Notes: generated by a model from the sequence alone, not told the origin. Shown: positions 1-9,117, numbered from the stretch's first letter. The stretch is 31,949 nt of DNA from Clostridia bacterium (GCA_900770605.1 CAAGKS010000008.1:1-31949), one strand, 5' to 3'. Numbers and translations: made by a program.

Positions 1-22
1 CAGACGTGTGCTCTTCCGATCT
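1..22 (+). other. Illumina TruSeq adapter remnant (assembly artefact)
   Basis: CAGACGTGTGCTCTTCCGATCT matches the 3' end of the TruSeq read-2 adapter/primer and sits at the very start of the window. Confidence 0.95.
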
Positions 23-103
23 AGTATTTCAAAAGGGGCATACTGGAATTATAATACCGGAAATTATACCGTATATTGCACAGACGGTACTATAGCTAAA
101 TAA
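23..103 (+). CDS. 3' end of a truncated gene, probably a surface (BspA-like leucine-rich-repeat) protein C-terminus
   Basis: Open frame SISKGAYWNYNTGNYTVYCTDGTIAK-stop followed by a terminator. The KGxxWxxxTGxYTVxCTDG tail is one I recall from clostridial BspA-type LRR proteins; this is unverified. Confidence 0.55.
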   Translation, partial: SISKGAYWNYNTGNYTVYCTDGTIAK

Positions 104-113
104 AAAACAAACC

Positions 114-146
114 AAGCCCCTCGGATTCATTCCAAGGGGCTTTTGC
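114..146 (+). terminator. Intrinsic terminator
   Basis: AAGCCCCT...AGGGGCTT stem followed by TTTTG, 10 nt after a stop codon. Confidence 0.8.
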
Positions 147-265
147 TTTATTAGTCCTCAATTCTCGCCGAGTTTTGCAAAAAAACGGGGCGGCGTGGGA
201 CGTAGAGCCATGGACTTGCATCCGACCGGCTCATCCACATATCGATCTGTATTTATCTATAAGTA

Positions 266-294
266 TTGAAATCTCCGTAAAAATGTGATATAAT
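266..294 (+). promoter_or_regulatory. Sigma-A-type promoter of trkAH
   Basis: TTGAAA-17 nt-TATAAT with an extended -10 TG. Confidence 0.75.
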
Positions 295-339
295 GATAAT
301 AACTATTATCAAATGCTACGTAAAAAGGAGCAATATCTT

Positions 340-1695
340 ATGAAAATAGTGATAATCGGACTTGGAACTATCGGTACGACTATGCTCAAAACGTTATCGG
401 GCGAGGCGCATACCATAACTATAATCGACGAGGACAAGGATCATATCGAGCGTATGATCGAGAAATACGACGTTCAGGGCGTGGTCGGCAACGGCGCGTC
501 TATCGACATTCAGCGCGAGGCGGGAGTTGCCAGCGCGGACGTTATCATCGCGCTTACCAACAGCGACGAGATCAATGTTTTCGCGTGTCTCGTTGCAAAG
601 AAGCTCGGCGTTAACAACACGGTTGCCCGCGTCAGAAATCCCGACTACCGCAGTCAGATACTTGAGATGAAGGACGAGCTTGGCATATCCATGATCGTTA
701 ATCCCGAGCAGGACACCGCAACTGAAATATTCAGTATGATAAGCCTTCCCGAGATAGCAAAGGTAGAGCGATTTGCGGGCGGCAGAGTTCTGCTCGTTGA
801 AATAGTTGCCGAGAAGGGCTGCGCGCTTATCGGCGAGACGCTTATAACCATCGGTAAAAAGCTTCGCACCAAGGTGCTCATCTGCGCCGTTCAGCGCGGC
901 GACGAGGTCATAATCCCCTCGGGTAACTTTGAGATCCGCGAAAATGACAGGATACACTTTACCTCGGACGCCAACAACCTGCGCGATTTTCTTGCCGAGA
1001 TAAATATAGTCAAGCAGCCGCTGAAAAATATTATGATAGTCGGCGGTGACAGGATAGGATACTATCTCGCCGACGAGCTCTCCAAGAAAAAATACAAGAT
1101 AAAGCTCATCGAGAGCGATCTTCGCACCGCCGAGGAGCTCGCCGAGGAGCTGCCGCGCGTTACCGTAATACACGGCAACGGCACTCGTCACGACCTGCTC
1201 ATCGAGGAAGGCATCGAGGCTATGGACGCTTTCGTTGCGCTGACTAATATCGACGAGGAAAATATGATAGTTTCTATGTTTGCAAACAAGATGAACGTCA
1301 AGAAAACTATCACCAAAATAAAGGGTGACAACCTCTACGGAATGCTCTCCGAGCTTGGAATAAGCAACAACGTCTCCCCAAAGGATATCGTTGCAAACCG
1401 CGTAATAAGCTACATTCGCGCACTTGACAACAGCGTTGGAAGTAACGTGCTCACGCTTTACCGCTTGGTAGGAAATCGCGTTGAGGCGCTCGAATTCCTC
1501 GCAAAGCGCCAGGAAAAGATATACAATAAGCCCCTGCGCGAGCTTAAAATAAAGGATAACTGTCTTATCGCGTGTATCATTCGCGGAACGCGGGTAATAA
1601 TCCCCGGCGGTGATACCTCGATACGTCTCGGAGATAACGTCATAGTAGTTACCACCCACAAGAATTTTGACGATCTGACCGATATTTTTGAATAA
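340..1695 (+). CDS. trkA: Trk system potassium uptake protein TrkA
   Basis: Two RCK-N Rossmann motifs (IIGLGTIG, IVGGDRIG), each followed by an RCK-C domain (IIPSG, IIPGG). AAGGAG at 325-330 supports ATG 340 over 313. Adjacent to trkH. Confidence 0.95.
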   Translation: MKIVIIGLGTIGTTMLKTLSGEAHTITIIDEDKDHIERMIEKYDVQGVVGNGASIDIQREAGVASADVIIALTNSDEINVFACLVAKKLGVNNTVARVRNPDYRSQILEMKDELGISMIVNPEQDTATEIFSMISLPEIAKVERFAGGRVLLVEIVAEKGCALIGETLITIGKKLRTKVLICAVQRGDEVIIPSGNFEIRENDRIHFTSDANNLRDFLAEINIVKQPLKNIMIVGGDRIGYYLADELSKKKYKIKLIESDLRTAEELAEELPRVTVIHGNGTRHDLLIEEGIEAMDAFVALTNIDEENMIVSMFANKMNVKKTITKIKGDNLYGMLSELGISNNVSPKDIVANRVISYIRALDNSVGSNVLTLYRLVGNRVEALEFLAKRQEKIYNKPLRELKIKDNCLIACIIRGTRVIIPGGDTSIRLGDNVIVVTTHKNFDDLTDIFE

Positions 1696-1707
1696 GGCGG
1701 TTGACTT

Positions 1708-3249
1708 ATGAATTACAAAAAACTCGGAAAAATACTTGGCAAGATCATGATCCTTGAGGGCATTCTGATGTTAGCTCCGCTTATCGTCAGCTTTGTTTAC
1801 GGCGAGGATCTGCGCCACAAGATCGCATTCATAATTCCTATCTTGCTGCTTGCAGTAATAGGATTTTTGCTTCAGCTCCCAACCCCTAGGCGCGACACTC
1901 TCTATCAGAAGGAAGGCTTTGCGCTGACGGCGTCCGTATGGATAATCATGACGCTGTTCGGAGCGATCCCCTTCGTTATAAACCGCGACATTCCCAATTT
2001 CGTGGACGCCTGCTTTGAGATAATGTCGGGCTTTACCACAACGGGCGCGAGCATCGTTGGCGACATCACCATGCTATCGCACTCAACTCTGTTCTGGCGC
2101 AGCTTCTCGCACTGGATCGGCGGTATGGGAATACTCGTATTCGTGCTGATATTCATTCCCGAGAGCGACGACGGCTCTGCGATGCACCTTTTGCGTGCGG
2201 AAAGCCCTGGGCCTCAGGTTGGTAAGATCGCCACCAAGATGAAGGTGACGACGCGAATACTTTACCTTATATATCTCGGGCTTACCGTCCTTGAAATAGT
2301 TATACTTATGCTCGACAAGCCCATTCCGGGATACGAGAGCGAGCACTTCTTTTTCAGCCTGCTGACCGCATTCGGCTCTGCGGGCACGGGCGGCTTTGGC
2401 TTTATCCCCGGCAGCATGGAGCTTTTCAGCCCCTTCTCGCAATACGTTATTGCGATATTCCTGCTGCTGTTCGGTATAAATTTCAGCCTTTACTACCTCA
2501 TACTCTTAGGAAAGCTCAGAACGGTATTCAAGAGCGAGGAATTCAAGACCTATCTGCTCGCGATAGTATTTGCGATCACGTTTATATTCATCAGCCTTGC
2601 AGGCCGATTTGACGCCTTTCCGCAAAGCTACTCCACCGAGGAAGCGTTCAGGCATTCGCTGTTCCAGGTAGCCTCGCTGATCACCACCACGGGATACTCC
2701 ACAACGGACTTTGCGGCGTGGCCTATACTCGCCACCACCGTGCTCATGGTGCTTACCTTTGCGGGCGCTATGGCAGGCTCTACCGCGGGCGGCATAAAGA
2801 TGTCCCGAGTAGTTATAGCCGTCAAGGGTACTTATATCAACGTGCGAAAGCTGATCAACCCGCGCTACGTTCCCAAGGCAAAGTTTGAGGGAAAGAGCCT
2901 CGAGGGCAAAACGATAAACGACGTTTTTGCCTTTATCACGATGTATTTCTTTATACTCGTTGCCACGACGTTCCTGCTTGCCTTTGACCCTGTCAACGGC
3001 GAGATGATACAGATAGTATCCGACACCGGAACTTACGAGGTAGGACACGGCTTTTTGTCCAACTTCTCTGCCGCGGTCTCCTGTATTTCAAATATCGGGC
3101 CCGGATTTGAGGCGGTAGGACCTTATTCAAGCTACGCGCATTACAGCGTATTTTCCAAGATAGTGCTGACCTTCACGATGCTTATCGGACGCTTGGAGAT
3201 ACTTCCCGTGCTGATACTTTTCAGCCCTAAATCGTGGAAGAAGATATAA
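1708..3249 (+). CDS. trkH: TrkH family potassium uptake membrane protein
   Basis: Four pore-loop motifs (SGFTTTGAS, AGTGGF, ITTTGYS, SNIGPG) plus WIGGMGI, GSTAGGIK and MLIGRLE. Confidence 0.95.
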   Translation: MNYKKLGKILGKIMILEGILMLAPLIVSFVYGEDLRHKIAFIIPILLLAVIGFLLQLPTPRRDTLYQKEGFALTASVWIIMTLFGAIPFVINRDIPNFVDACFEIMSGFTTTGASIVGDITMLSHSTLFWRSFSHWIGGMGILVFVLIFIPESDDGSAMHLLRAESPGPQVGKIATKMKVTTRILYLIYLGLTVLEIVILMLDKPIPGYESEHFFFSLLTAFGSAGTGGFGFIPGSMELFSPFSQYVIAIFLLLFGINFSLYYLILLGKLRTVFKSEEFKTYLLAIVFAITFIFISLAGRFDAFPQSYSTEEAFRHSLFQVASLITTTGYSTTDFAAWPILATTVLMVLTFAGAMAGSTAGGIKMSRVVIAVKGTYINVRKLINPRYVPKAKFEGKSLEGKTINDVFAFITMYFFILVATTFLLAFDPVNGEMIQIVSDTGTYEVGHGFLSNFSAAVSCISNIGPGFEAVGPYSSYAHYSVFSKIVLTFTMLIGRLEILPVLILFSPKSWKKI

Positions 3250-3258
3250 AACGAAAAC

Positions 3259-3290
3259 AAAAAGGATCGATAAATCATCGATCCTTTTTT
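3259..3290. terminator. Bidirectional intrinsic terminator between convergent trkH and the DtxR-family gene
   Basis: AAAAAGGATCGAT-aaatc-ATCGATCCTTTTT, with an A-tract on one side and a T-tract on the other. Confidence 0.85.
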
Positions 3291-3666
3291 ATTTTATTTT
3301 TTTGAATTCAAGGTAGTGCTCCTTGACGGCAGCAAAGGATTTATCACTGATAACGTGCTCTATACGGCAGGCGTCCTCAGTTGCGGTCTCCTCGTCCACT
3401 CCCAGCGCCACGAGCAAGCTGCTCAATATCGTATGGCGCTCGTAAAGCTGCTCGGAGAACTGCTTTCCTGCGGCGGTCATGGTAATATAGCCGTCATCGT
3501 CAACGGATATATAGCCGTCCTTTTTAAGTATGCCGACTGCGCGGCTTACGGAGGGCTTACTGTAACCAAGGTATGCGCCAACGTCTATCGCGCGAATGTT
3601 TTTATTTGTCTGCAACAAAACGTAGATCGCCTCGAGATACATCTGTCCCGATTCGTGCAATGCCAT
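3289..3666 (-). CDS. DtxR/MntR-family metal-dependent transcriptional regulator (short form, no C-terminal SH3-like domain)
   Basis: QMYLEAI, HTH region SKPSVSRAV, YERH and EDACRIEH motifs. An AAGGAG 8 nt upstream of ATG 3666 sets the start. Divergent from feoA. Confidence 0.92.
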   Translation of the reverse strand: MALHESGQMYLEAIYVLLQTNKNIRAIDVGAYLGYSKPSVSRAVGILKKDGYISVDDDGYITMTAAGKQFSEQLYERHTILSSLLVALGVDEETATEDACRIEHVISDKSFAAVKEHYLEFKKIK

Positions 3667-3699
3667 ATACGCCACTCCTTTCGTTTTTCTTACAATTTT

Positions 3700-3728
3700 A
3701 TTTTACCATATTCCCTGCCTTTTTTCAA
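3700..3728 (-). promoter_or_regulatory. Promoter of the DtxR-family regulator
   Basis: Minus strand TTGAAA-17 nt-TAAAAT with a TG extension. Confidence 0.6.
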
Positions 3729-3785
3729 GACGTATCGCATTTTATTTGCCAAAAAGCTCAAACTTTGTGCAAAACGCTATTTTAG

Positions 3786-3807
3786 GCGGTTAGCGGTAGC
3801 TAACCGC
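3786..3807. promoter_or_regulatory. Candidate DtxR-family operator, copy 1
   Basis: Perfect inverted repeat GCGGTTAGC-ggta-GCTAACCGC between the divergent promoters. Confidence 0.7.
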
Positions 3808-3849
3808 TTTGTAAAATTATACGAAATTACTAAAATGCGCATGAAAATA

Positions 3850-3878
3850 TTGACAACTAAAATAAAATAAGGTATAAT
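3850..3878 (+). promoter_or_regulatory. Consensus promoter of the feo operon
   Basis: TTGACA-17 nt-TATAAT, a perfect consensus. Confidence 0.88.
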
Positions 3879-3885
3879 ATACTGT

Positions 3886-3903
3886 GGTTAGCGATGGCTA
3901 ACC
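3886..3903. promoter_or_regulatory. Candidate DtxR-family operator, copy 2
   Basis: GGTTAGC-gatg-GCTAACC starting 7 nt downstream of the feo -10 box, at about the expected transcription start. Confidence 0.75.
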
Positions 3904-3962
3904 GACACGATCGCGCTACCGCAATAATAATTGCAAGACTTGGAAAGGAAAGGAGATAGCCT

Positions 3963-4175
3963 ATGAACCTCAGAAATGCAACCGTTGGTAAGATATATGC
4001 GATAAAAGAGCTCAGGATAGACGACGAGGAGCTGGGCGCGTTTCTCTTTTCGCTCGGCTGTTACAGCGGCGAGGATATATCCGTGATACGTCACCTCAAG
4101 GGCGGCTGTATCGTGGTGATCAAGGACGCGAGATATCACATAGACAATCAGCTTGCAGAAGCGATAATAGTATAA
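3963..4175 (+). CDS. feoA: Ferrous iron transport protein FeoA
   Basis: 70 aa SH3-like protein (FLFSLGCYSGEDI...IDNQLAEAI) with an AAGGAG RBS, upstream of feoB. Confidence 0.92.
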   Translation: MNLRNATVGKIYAIKELRIDDEELGAFLFSLGCYSGEDISVIRHLKGGCIVVIKDARYHIDNQLAEAIIV

Positions 4176-4216
4176 GCAAAGCAATATTCTGCGAGTTGAT
4201 TATTTTTTTGGCGCTT

Positions 4217-4234
4217 GGTTAGCATAGGCTAACT
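4217..4234. promoter_or_regulatory. Candidate DtxR-family operator, copy 3 (feoA-feoB intergenic)
   Basis: GGTTAGC-atag-GCTAACT, with the same core and spacing as copies 1 and 2. Confidence 0.7.
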
Positions 4235-4281
4235 GAGCGGAATTTACAAAGATGCACTTTGAAAGCAGGAGGAAAGTTCCT

Positions 4282-6294
4282 ATGAGAATTGCCTTGGCAG
4301 GTAACCCCAATGCAGGCAAAACTACAATGTACAACGCGCTCACGGGAAGCAGTGAAAAGGTTGGTAACTGGGCAGGCGTTACGGTCGATAAAAAAGAACG
4401 CCCCATAAAAAAGGCTTACGCGGGCAAGCGTCAGCTCATCGCCGTTGACCTTCCCGGCGCGTACTCTATGTCGCCCTTTACGAGCGAGGAGAGCGTTACA
4501 AGCACATACGTCAAGCAGGAAAACCCTGACGTTATCATAAATATAGTAGATGCTGATAATCTCAGCCGCAGCCTTTTTTTCACCACCCAGCTCCTTGAGC
4601 TTGGTATTCCTATGGTGGTCGCGCTTAACAAGAGCGACGTCAACAAAAAGAAAGGCAACAAGATAGACGCGGACGCGCTTTCAAAAGCGCTCGGCTGTCC
4701 TGTTATCACCACCGTTTCCACCTCGTCCGACGGACTTGGAGCGCTTGTTGAGGCGGCGGTATCACGCGCAGGGGCTGAACAATCCGCGCCGTTTGTACAA
4801 AAAAGCGATATAACCGATAAGGCCGGGGCACTTGAGGCTGACCGCGAGCGCTTTGAATTTGTAAACGGAATCGTAAAGTCAGTTGAAACGCGCAAGACGC
4901 TTACCGTTACCGCAAGCAAGGGCGACAGGATAGACGCCCTGCTCACTAACAAGTGGCTCGGTATCCCGATATTCGCGCTCATTATGTGGGCGGTGTTCTG
5001 GATATCACAGGCGGGGCCCGGCGTATGGCTTGCCGAGGGACTTGACGTGGGAGAGACGCATCTTCCCGGACTTGTGGACTGTATCGCTTGGTTCAAGGGC
5101 ATCGTTGAGGGCTGGCTTGACGGGGCGCACCACATAATTCAGGCTATCGTTCTTGAAGGTATCATCGAGGGCGTTGCGGCGGTGCTTGGATTTTTGCCGC
5201 TCGTTATGGTAATGTACTTTCTTATCGCGCTGCTCGAGGATTGCGGATATATGTCACGCGCTACCGTTGTACTCGATCCGATATTCAAAAAGGTAGGACT
5301 TTCGGGCAAATCCGTAATTCCCTTCGTTATAGGCACAGGCTGCGCTATCCCCGGTGTTATGGCTTGCCGTACCATCAGAGACGAGCGTGAGCGCAGAGCC
5401 ACGGCTATGCTTGCTCCCTTTATGCCCTGTGGCGCAAAGCTCCCTGTTATCGCGCTCTTTGCGGGAGCGTTCTTTGACGGCGCTGAGTGGGTTGGTACTA
5501 TGATGTACTTCGCAGGCATCGTAATAATTCTCCTTTGCGCGCTTCTCGTAAACGCGCTCAACGGATACAAGGCAAGACGCTCCTTCTTTATCATTGAGCT
5601 TCCCGAATACAAGCTCCCCTCCCTCTCATCTGCGCTCAAAGCAATGCTCCAGAGAGGCTGGGCGTACATAGTAAAGGCGGGAACTGTAATTCTCGTATGT
5701 AATTTCGTCGTTTATATGATGCAGACGTATAGCTGGAGCTTTGTGGCGGTCGAGGACCCCGCAGACTCTATCCTTGCAAGCATCGCAACACCTATCGGAT
5801 ACGTTATCGCGCCTATCGTAGGCGTTGCGCTCTGGCAGCTCGCGGCGGCGGCTGTTACAGGCTTTATCGCAAAGGAATGCGTTGTTTCCACGCTTGCTAC
5901 GGTATTTATGTTCGAGCACCTCATAAGCGAGGATCTTGAAGCCGTTGGAGCGGTCACAGGCGCAAATATGGGCGGCATTTCAACAGCCGCAGGACTTGCT
6001 TTCCTTATGTTCAACCTCTTTACCCCGCCCTGCTTTGCCGCTATCGGCGCGATGAGATCGGAAATCAATAGCAAAAAATGGTTCTGGGCAGGAATCGGAC
6101 TCCAGTTCTCCGTTGGCTACGTAATAGGATTTCTCACCTTCTTCTTTGGCACGCTTATCACAGGCGGAAGCCTTGGAAGCTCTTGGATGCCTATCGCAGG
6201 TTGGGCAGTGGTGCTTACAGTAACGGTAATATTTACGGCTATGATACTCAGAGCGAGCAAGCAGCGTAAGGCAACCGCAAAGGTCAAGGTGTGA
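4282..6294 (+). CDS. feoB: Ferrous iron transporter FeoB
   Basis: GTPase motifs GNPNAGKT, NWAGVTV, DLPG and NKSD; membrane domain with LEDCGY, GCAIPG, PFMPCGAK, ELPEY and PPCFA. AGGAGG at 4267-4272 supports ATG 4282. Confidence 0.97.
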   Translation: MRIALAGNPNAGKTTMYNALTGSSEKVGNWAGVTVDKKERPIKKAYAGKRQLIAVDLPGAYSMSPFTSEESVTSTYVKQENPDVIINIVDADNLSRSLFFTTQLLELGIPMVVALNKSDVNKKKGNKIDADALSKALGCPVITTVSTSSDGLGALVEAAVSRAGAEQSAPFVQKSDITDKAGALEADRERFEFVNGIVKSVETRKTLTVTASKGDRIDALLTNKWLGIPIFALIMWAVFWISQAGPGVWLAEGLDVGETHLPGLVDCIAWFKGIVEGWLDGAHHIIQAIVLEGIIEGVAAVLGFLPLVMVMYFLIALLEDCGYMSRATVVLDPIFKKVGLSGKSVIPFVIGTGCAIPGVMACRTIRDERERRATAMLAPFMPCGAKLPVIALFAGAFFDGAEWVGTMMYFAGIVIILLCALLVNALNGYKARRSFFIIELPEYKLPSLSSALKAMLQRGWAYIVKAGTVILVCNFVVYMMQTYSWSFVAVEDPADSILASIATPIGYVIAPIVGVALWQLAAAAVTGFIAKECVVSTLATVFMFEHLISEDLEAVGAVTGANMGGISTAAGLAFLMFNLFTPPCFAAIGAMRSEINSKKWFWAGIGLQFSVGYVIGFLTFFFGTLITGGSLGSSWMPIAGWAVVLTVTVIFTAMILRASKQRKATAKVKV

Positions 6295-6296
6295 TA

Positions 6297-6485
6297 ATGG
6301 GCGCGGTGGATTACATAGCGATAGCCGTTATCGCGCTTATAATCGGCGCGGCGGTGTCTTACATAATTCGGGCAAAAAGACGCGGCGCAAAATGCGTTGG
6401 TTGCCCATATGCAGATCAGTGTGGTAAGGGCTGTGGCTGTACGCCGCCCCGACCGAATAAAGACCGGAATAACGAAAATAACTAA
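6297..6485 (+). CDS. FeoB-associated Cys-rich membrane protein
   Basis: One TM helix, a basic stretch, then CVGCPYADQCGKGCGC, immediately after feoB. An alternative GTG start exists at 6291. Confidence 0.85.
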   Translation: MGAVDYIAIAVIALIIGAAVSYIIRAKRRGAKCVGCPYADQCGKGCGCTPPRPNKDRNNENN

Positions 6486-6518
6486 AATATAAGATATTAA
6501 AACATAGGGGGTGAAGCT

Positions 6519-8987
6519 GTGCGACAGTATAACGTAACGGGTATGAGCTGTGCCGCTTGCAGTGCAAGGGTGGAAAAAGCAGTTCAGAGCGTTGACGGCG
6601 TTGAGGTATGCTCGGTAAATCTCTTGACAAACTCGATGAGCGTAAGCGGAGATGCAAGTGACGAGGCGATAATCGCGGCAGTTACGAATGCCGGCTACGG
6701 CGCATCAATAAAGGGCGCGGACACATCTGGCAAACGCTCGTCCTCGGACGCGCTTGCCGATAGGGAAACTCCGCGACTCTTCAGGCGTCTGATCTTATCG
6801 CTAACCCTTCTGATCCCGCTGATGTATCTCTCTATGGGATACGTAATGTGGGGATTTCCCCTGCCCGAGCTTCTCGGAAAAAGTCCCCTCGCTATAAGCG
6901 TGATACAGCTTGTATTATGTATTGCCGTTATGGCGGTAAACAGGAGCTTTTTCATAAACGGCTTCAAGGGTCTTATACACGGCTCACCCAATATGGATAC
7001 GCTGGTGTCTATCGGCTCTGCCGCGTCGTTTATTTACAGCGTATACGTGATGATAACTATGGCCTCACACGGCGGCCATGCCCTTCTCCACGACCTTTAC
7101 TTTGAGTCAGCCGCAATGATACTTGCGCTGATAACGTTTGGTAAAATGCTTGAGTCGCGCTCCAAGGGAAAGACCACGAACGCCCTCAGGAGCCTTATGG
7201 ATCTTGCTCCCAAGACGGCAACCGTCCTGCGCGACGGACAAGAGGTGAGCGTGCTCATCGACGAGCTTCGCGTGGGAGACGTATTCGTGGTGCGCTCAGG
7301 CGAGAGCATCGCCGCGGACGGTGTGATCATCGAAGGTCACGGCGCTATCGACGAGTCCAGCTTGACGGGCGAGAGCCTGCCCACCGACAAATCGGTTGGA
7401 GATACGGTAAGCGGCGCGACTATAAATCGCTCGGGATTTCTCAAATGCCGCGCGACGCGCGTTGGAGAGGACACCACTCTCTCGCAGATAATAAAAATGG
7501 TGAGTGACGCGGTTGCCACCAAAGCTCCTATCGCAAAGATCGCAGACAAGGTCTCAGGCGTATTCGTGCCGATAGTTATGGCTATCTCAGCGGTAGTACT
7601 CGCGATCTGGTTTATCGCTACGGCAGACCTTGAATTTGCTCTGTCAAGAGCGATATCAGTATTGGTAATAAGCTGTCCCTGCGCGCTTGGACTTGCCACG
7701 CCCGTTGCTATTATGGTTGGAGGCGGCAAGGGTGCGAAAAACGGGATATTATTTAAAACGGCTACCTCTCTTGAGCTTGCGGGCAAGACACAGATAATTG
7801 CGCTTGACAAAACGGGAACTATCACGGCAGGCACGCCGAAGATGACCGACGTTATCGGCTCTGAGGATCTGCTGACGCTTGCTTATAGTCTTGAACAAAA
7901 GAGCGAGCATCCTATTGCAAGAGCGATCACCGAGGGCGCGGAGCTTGAGGGCATCGCTTCTCTTGAAACAACAGACTTTGACACCTTTGCAGGCAGCGGA
8001 CTGTCCGCCCTCATCGGCGGCGCGCGCATAATTGGCGGAAACGCTGAATTTGTGGGCAGCTACGCTTCTATTCCGCAAAGCGCGTTTGAGAGCGCCAAGG
8101 CGCTCGCGCAAAGCGGCAAGACTGTAACCTTCTTTGCAAAGGACAGTGAATTTCTCGGCATCATCGCGGTATCGGACGTAATAAAGCCCGATAGCGAGCA
8201 AGCGATCACCGAGCTTAAAAATATGGGTATCCGCGTAGTAATGCTCACAGGAGACACGGCAGAGGCGGCAAAGACAATCGCAGGCTCGGTTGGCATTGAC
8301 GAAATAATCTCGGGAGTAAAGCCCGACGGTAAGGAGAACGCTATACGCGAGCTTCAAAGGCACGGAAAGGTTGCGATGGTTGGTGACGGCATCAACGACG
8401 CGCCCTCTCTCACAAGAGCCGATATAGGTATCGCAATAGGCGCGGGCGCAGATATAGCGCTCGACGCGGCGGATATAGTGCTTGTGAACAGCAGGCTCTC
8501 CGACGTTTGCGCGGCGATCCGCCTTGGCAGACGTACCCTGCGGACCATACACCAAAATCTCTTTTGGGCGTTTATCTACAACATCGTATGTATTCCTATC
8601 GCCGCAGGCGCATTCGTATGGGCAGGACTTGCTCTGAACCCCATGATAGGCGCCGCCGCTATGAGCCTATCGAGCTTTTGTGTTGTCACAAACGCGCTCA
8701 GGCTCAATCTGTGTGATCCCCATTCTTCAAAGCACGATAAAAAGATAAGACAAAAAACAAAAAAGGAGCGCAAAGAAATGAAAAAGACGTTAAAGATCGA
8801 AGGAATGATGTGCCCTCACTGTGAGGCAAGAGTTAAGAAGATCCTTGAGGAAACGGAAAACGTTACCGAGGCGATAGTAAGCCACAAGGACGGAACGGCT
8901 ATCGTTTGTATGTCCGCGCCCATCGCTGACGAAACGCTCAAAAAGCTCATCACGGACAACGGATACAAGGTGACCGACATATCCTAA
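6519..8987 (+). CDS. copA: Cu(I)-translocating P1B-type ATPase with N- and C-terminal HMA domains
   Basis: GMSCAAC, TGES, CPC, DKTGT, SEHP and GDGINDAP, the P1B-1 signatures YN and MSLSS, and a C-terminal GMMCPHC. Confidence 0.93.
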   Translation: MRQYNVTGMSCAACSARVEKAVQSVDGVEVCSVNLLTNSMSVSGDASDEAIIAAVTNAGYGASIKGADTSGKRSSSDALADRETPRLFRRLILSLTLLIPLMYLSMGYVMWGFPLPELLGKSPLAISVIQLVLCIAVMAVNRSFFINGFKGLIHGSPNMDTLVSIGSAASFIYSVYVMITMASHGGHALLHDLYFESAAMILALITFGKMLESRSKGKTTNALRSLMDLAPKTATVLRDGQEVSVLIDELRVGDVFVVRSGESIAADGVIIEGHGAIDESSLTGESLPTDKSVGDTVSGATINRSGFLKCRATRVGEDTTLSQIIKMVSDAVATKAPIAKIADKVSGVFVPIVMAISAVVLAIWFIATADLEFALSRAISVLVISCPCALGLATPVAIMVGGGKGAKNGILFKTATSLELAGKTQIIALDKTGTITAGTPKMTDVIGSEDLLTLAYSLEQKSEHPIARAITEGAELEGIASLETTDFDTFAGSGLSALIGGARIIGGNAEFVGSYASIPQSAFESAKALAQSGKTVTFFAKDSEFLGIIAVSDVIKPDSEQAITELKNMGIRVVMLTGDTAEAAKTIAGSVGIDEIISGVKPDGKENAIRELQRHGKVAMVGDGINDAPSLTRADIGIAIGAGADIALDAADIVLVNSRLSDVCAAIRLGRRTLRTIHQNLFWAFIYNIVCIPIAAGAFVWAGLALNPMIGAAAMSLSSFCVVTNALRLNLCDPHSSKHDKKIRQKTKKERKEMKKTLKIEGMMCPHCEARVKKILEETENVTEAIVSHKDGTAIVCMSAPIADETLKKLITDNGYKVTDIS

Positions 8988-9008
8988 GCATTGAAATTTA
9001 TAAATATG

Positions 9009-9068
9009 AGGACTGCCGCGCTTCGCGTTTTTCAAAATGCAGAGCAAGCGGCAGTCCTTATTTTTTTG
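9009..9068 (+). terminator. Intrinsic terminator of the feo-copA unit
   Basis: AGGACTGCCGC...GCGGCAGTCCT outer stem with an imperfect inner stem, followed by TATTTTTTT. Confidence 0.7.
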
Positions 9069-9117
9069 CAAAAAAGTATATTAAATAATAAAATAATAAA
9101 ATATTTATATAATAGTG

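Noticed and set aside
150..260. Possible c-di-AMP (ydaO) riboswitch upstream of trkA
   Set aside because: No recognisable consensus, and the best promoter (266-294) lies downstream of this stretch, leaving only a short leader.
394..1659. 421-aa minus-strand ORF, and similar long antisense ORFs (4431-5135, 7749-8555, 11737-12723, 12832-13605, 18829-19482, 22345-23160)
   Set aside because: They lie opposite well-supported genes, have no motifs or RBS, and are explained as codon-bias shadows.
3316..3870. 184-aa plus-strand ORF
   Set aside because: It is antisense to the DtxR-family gene and runs through promoters and operators, with no protein-like features.
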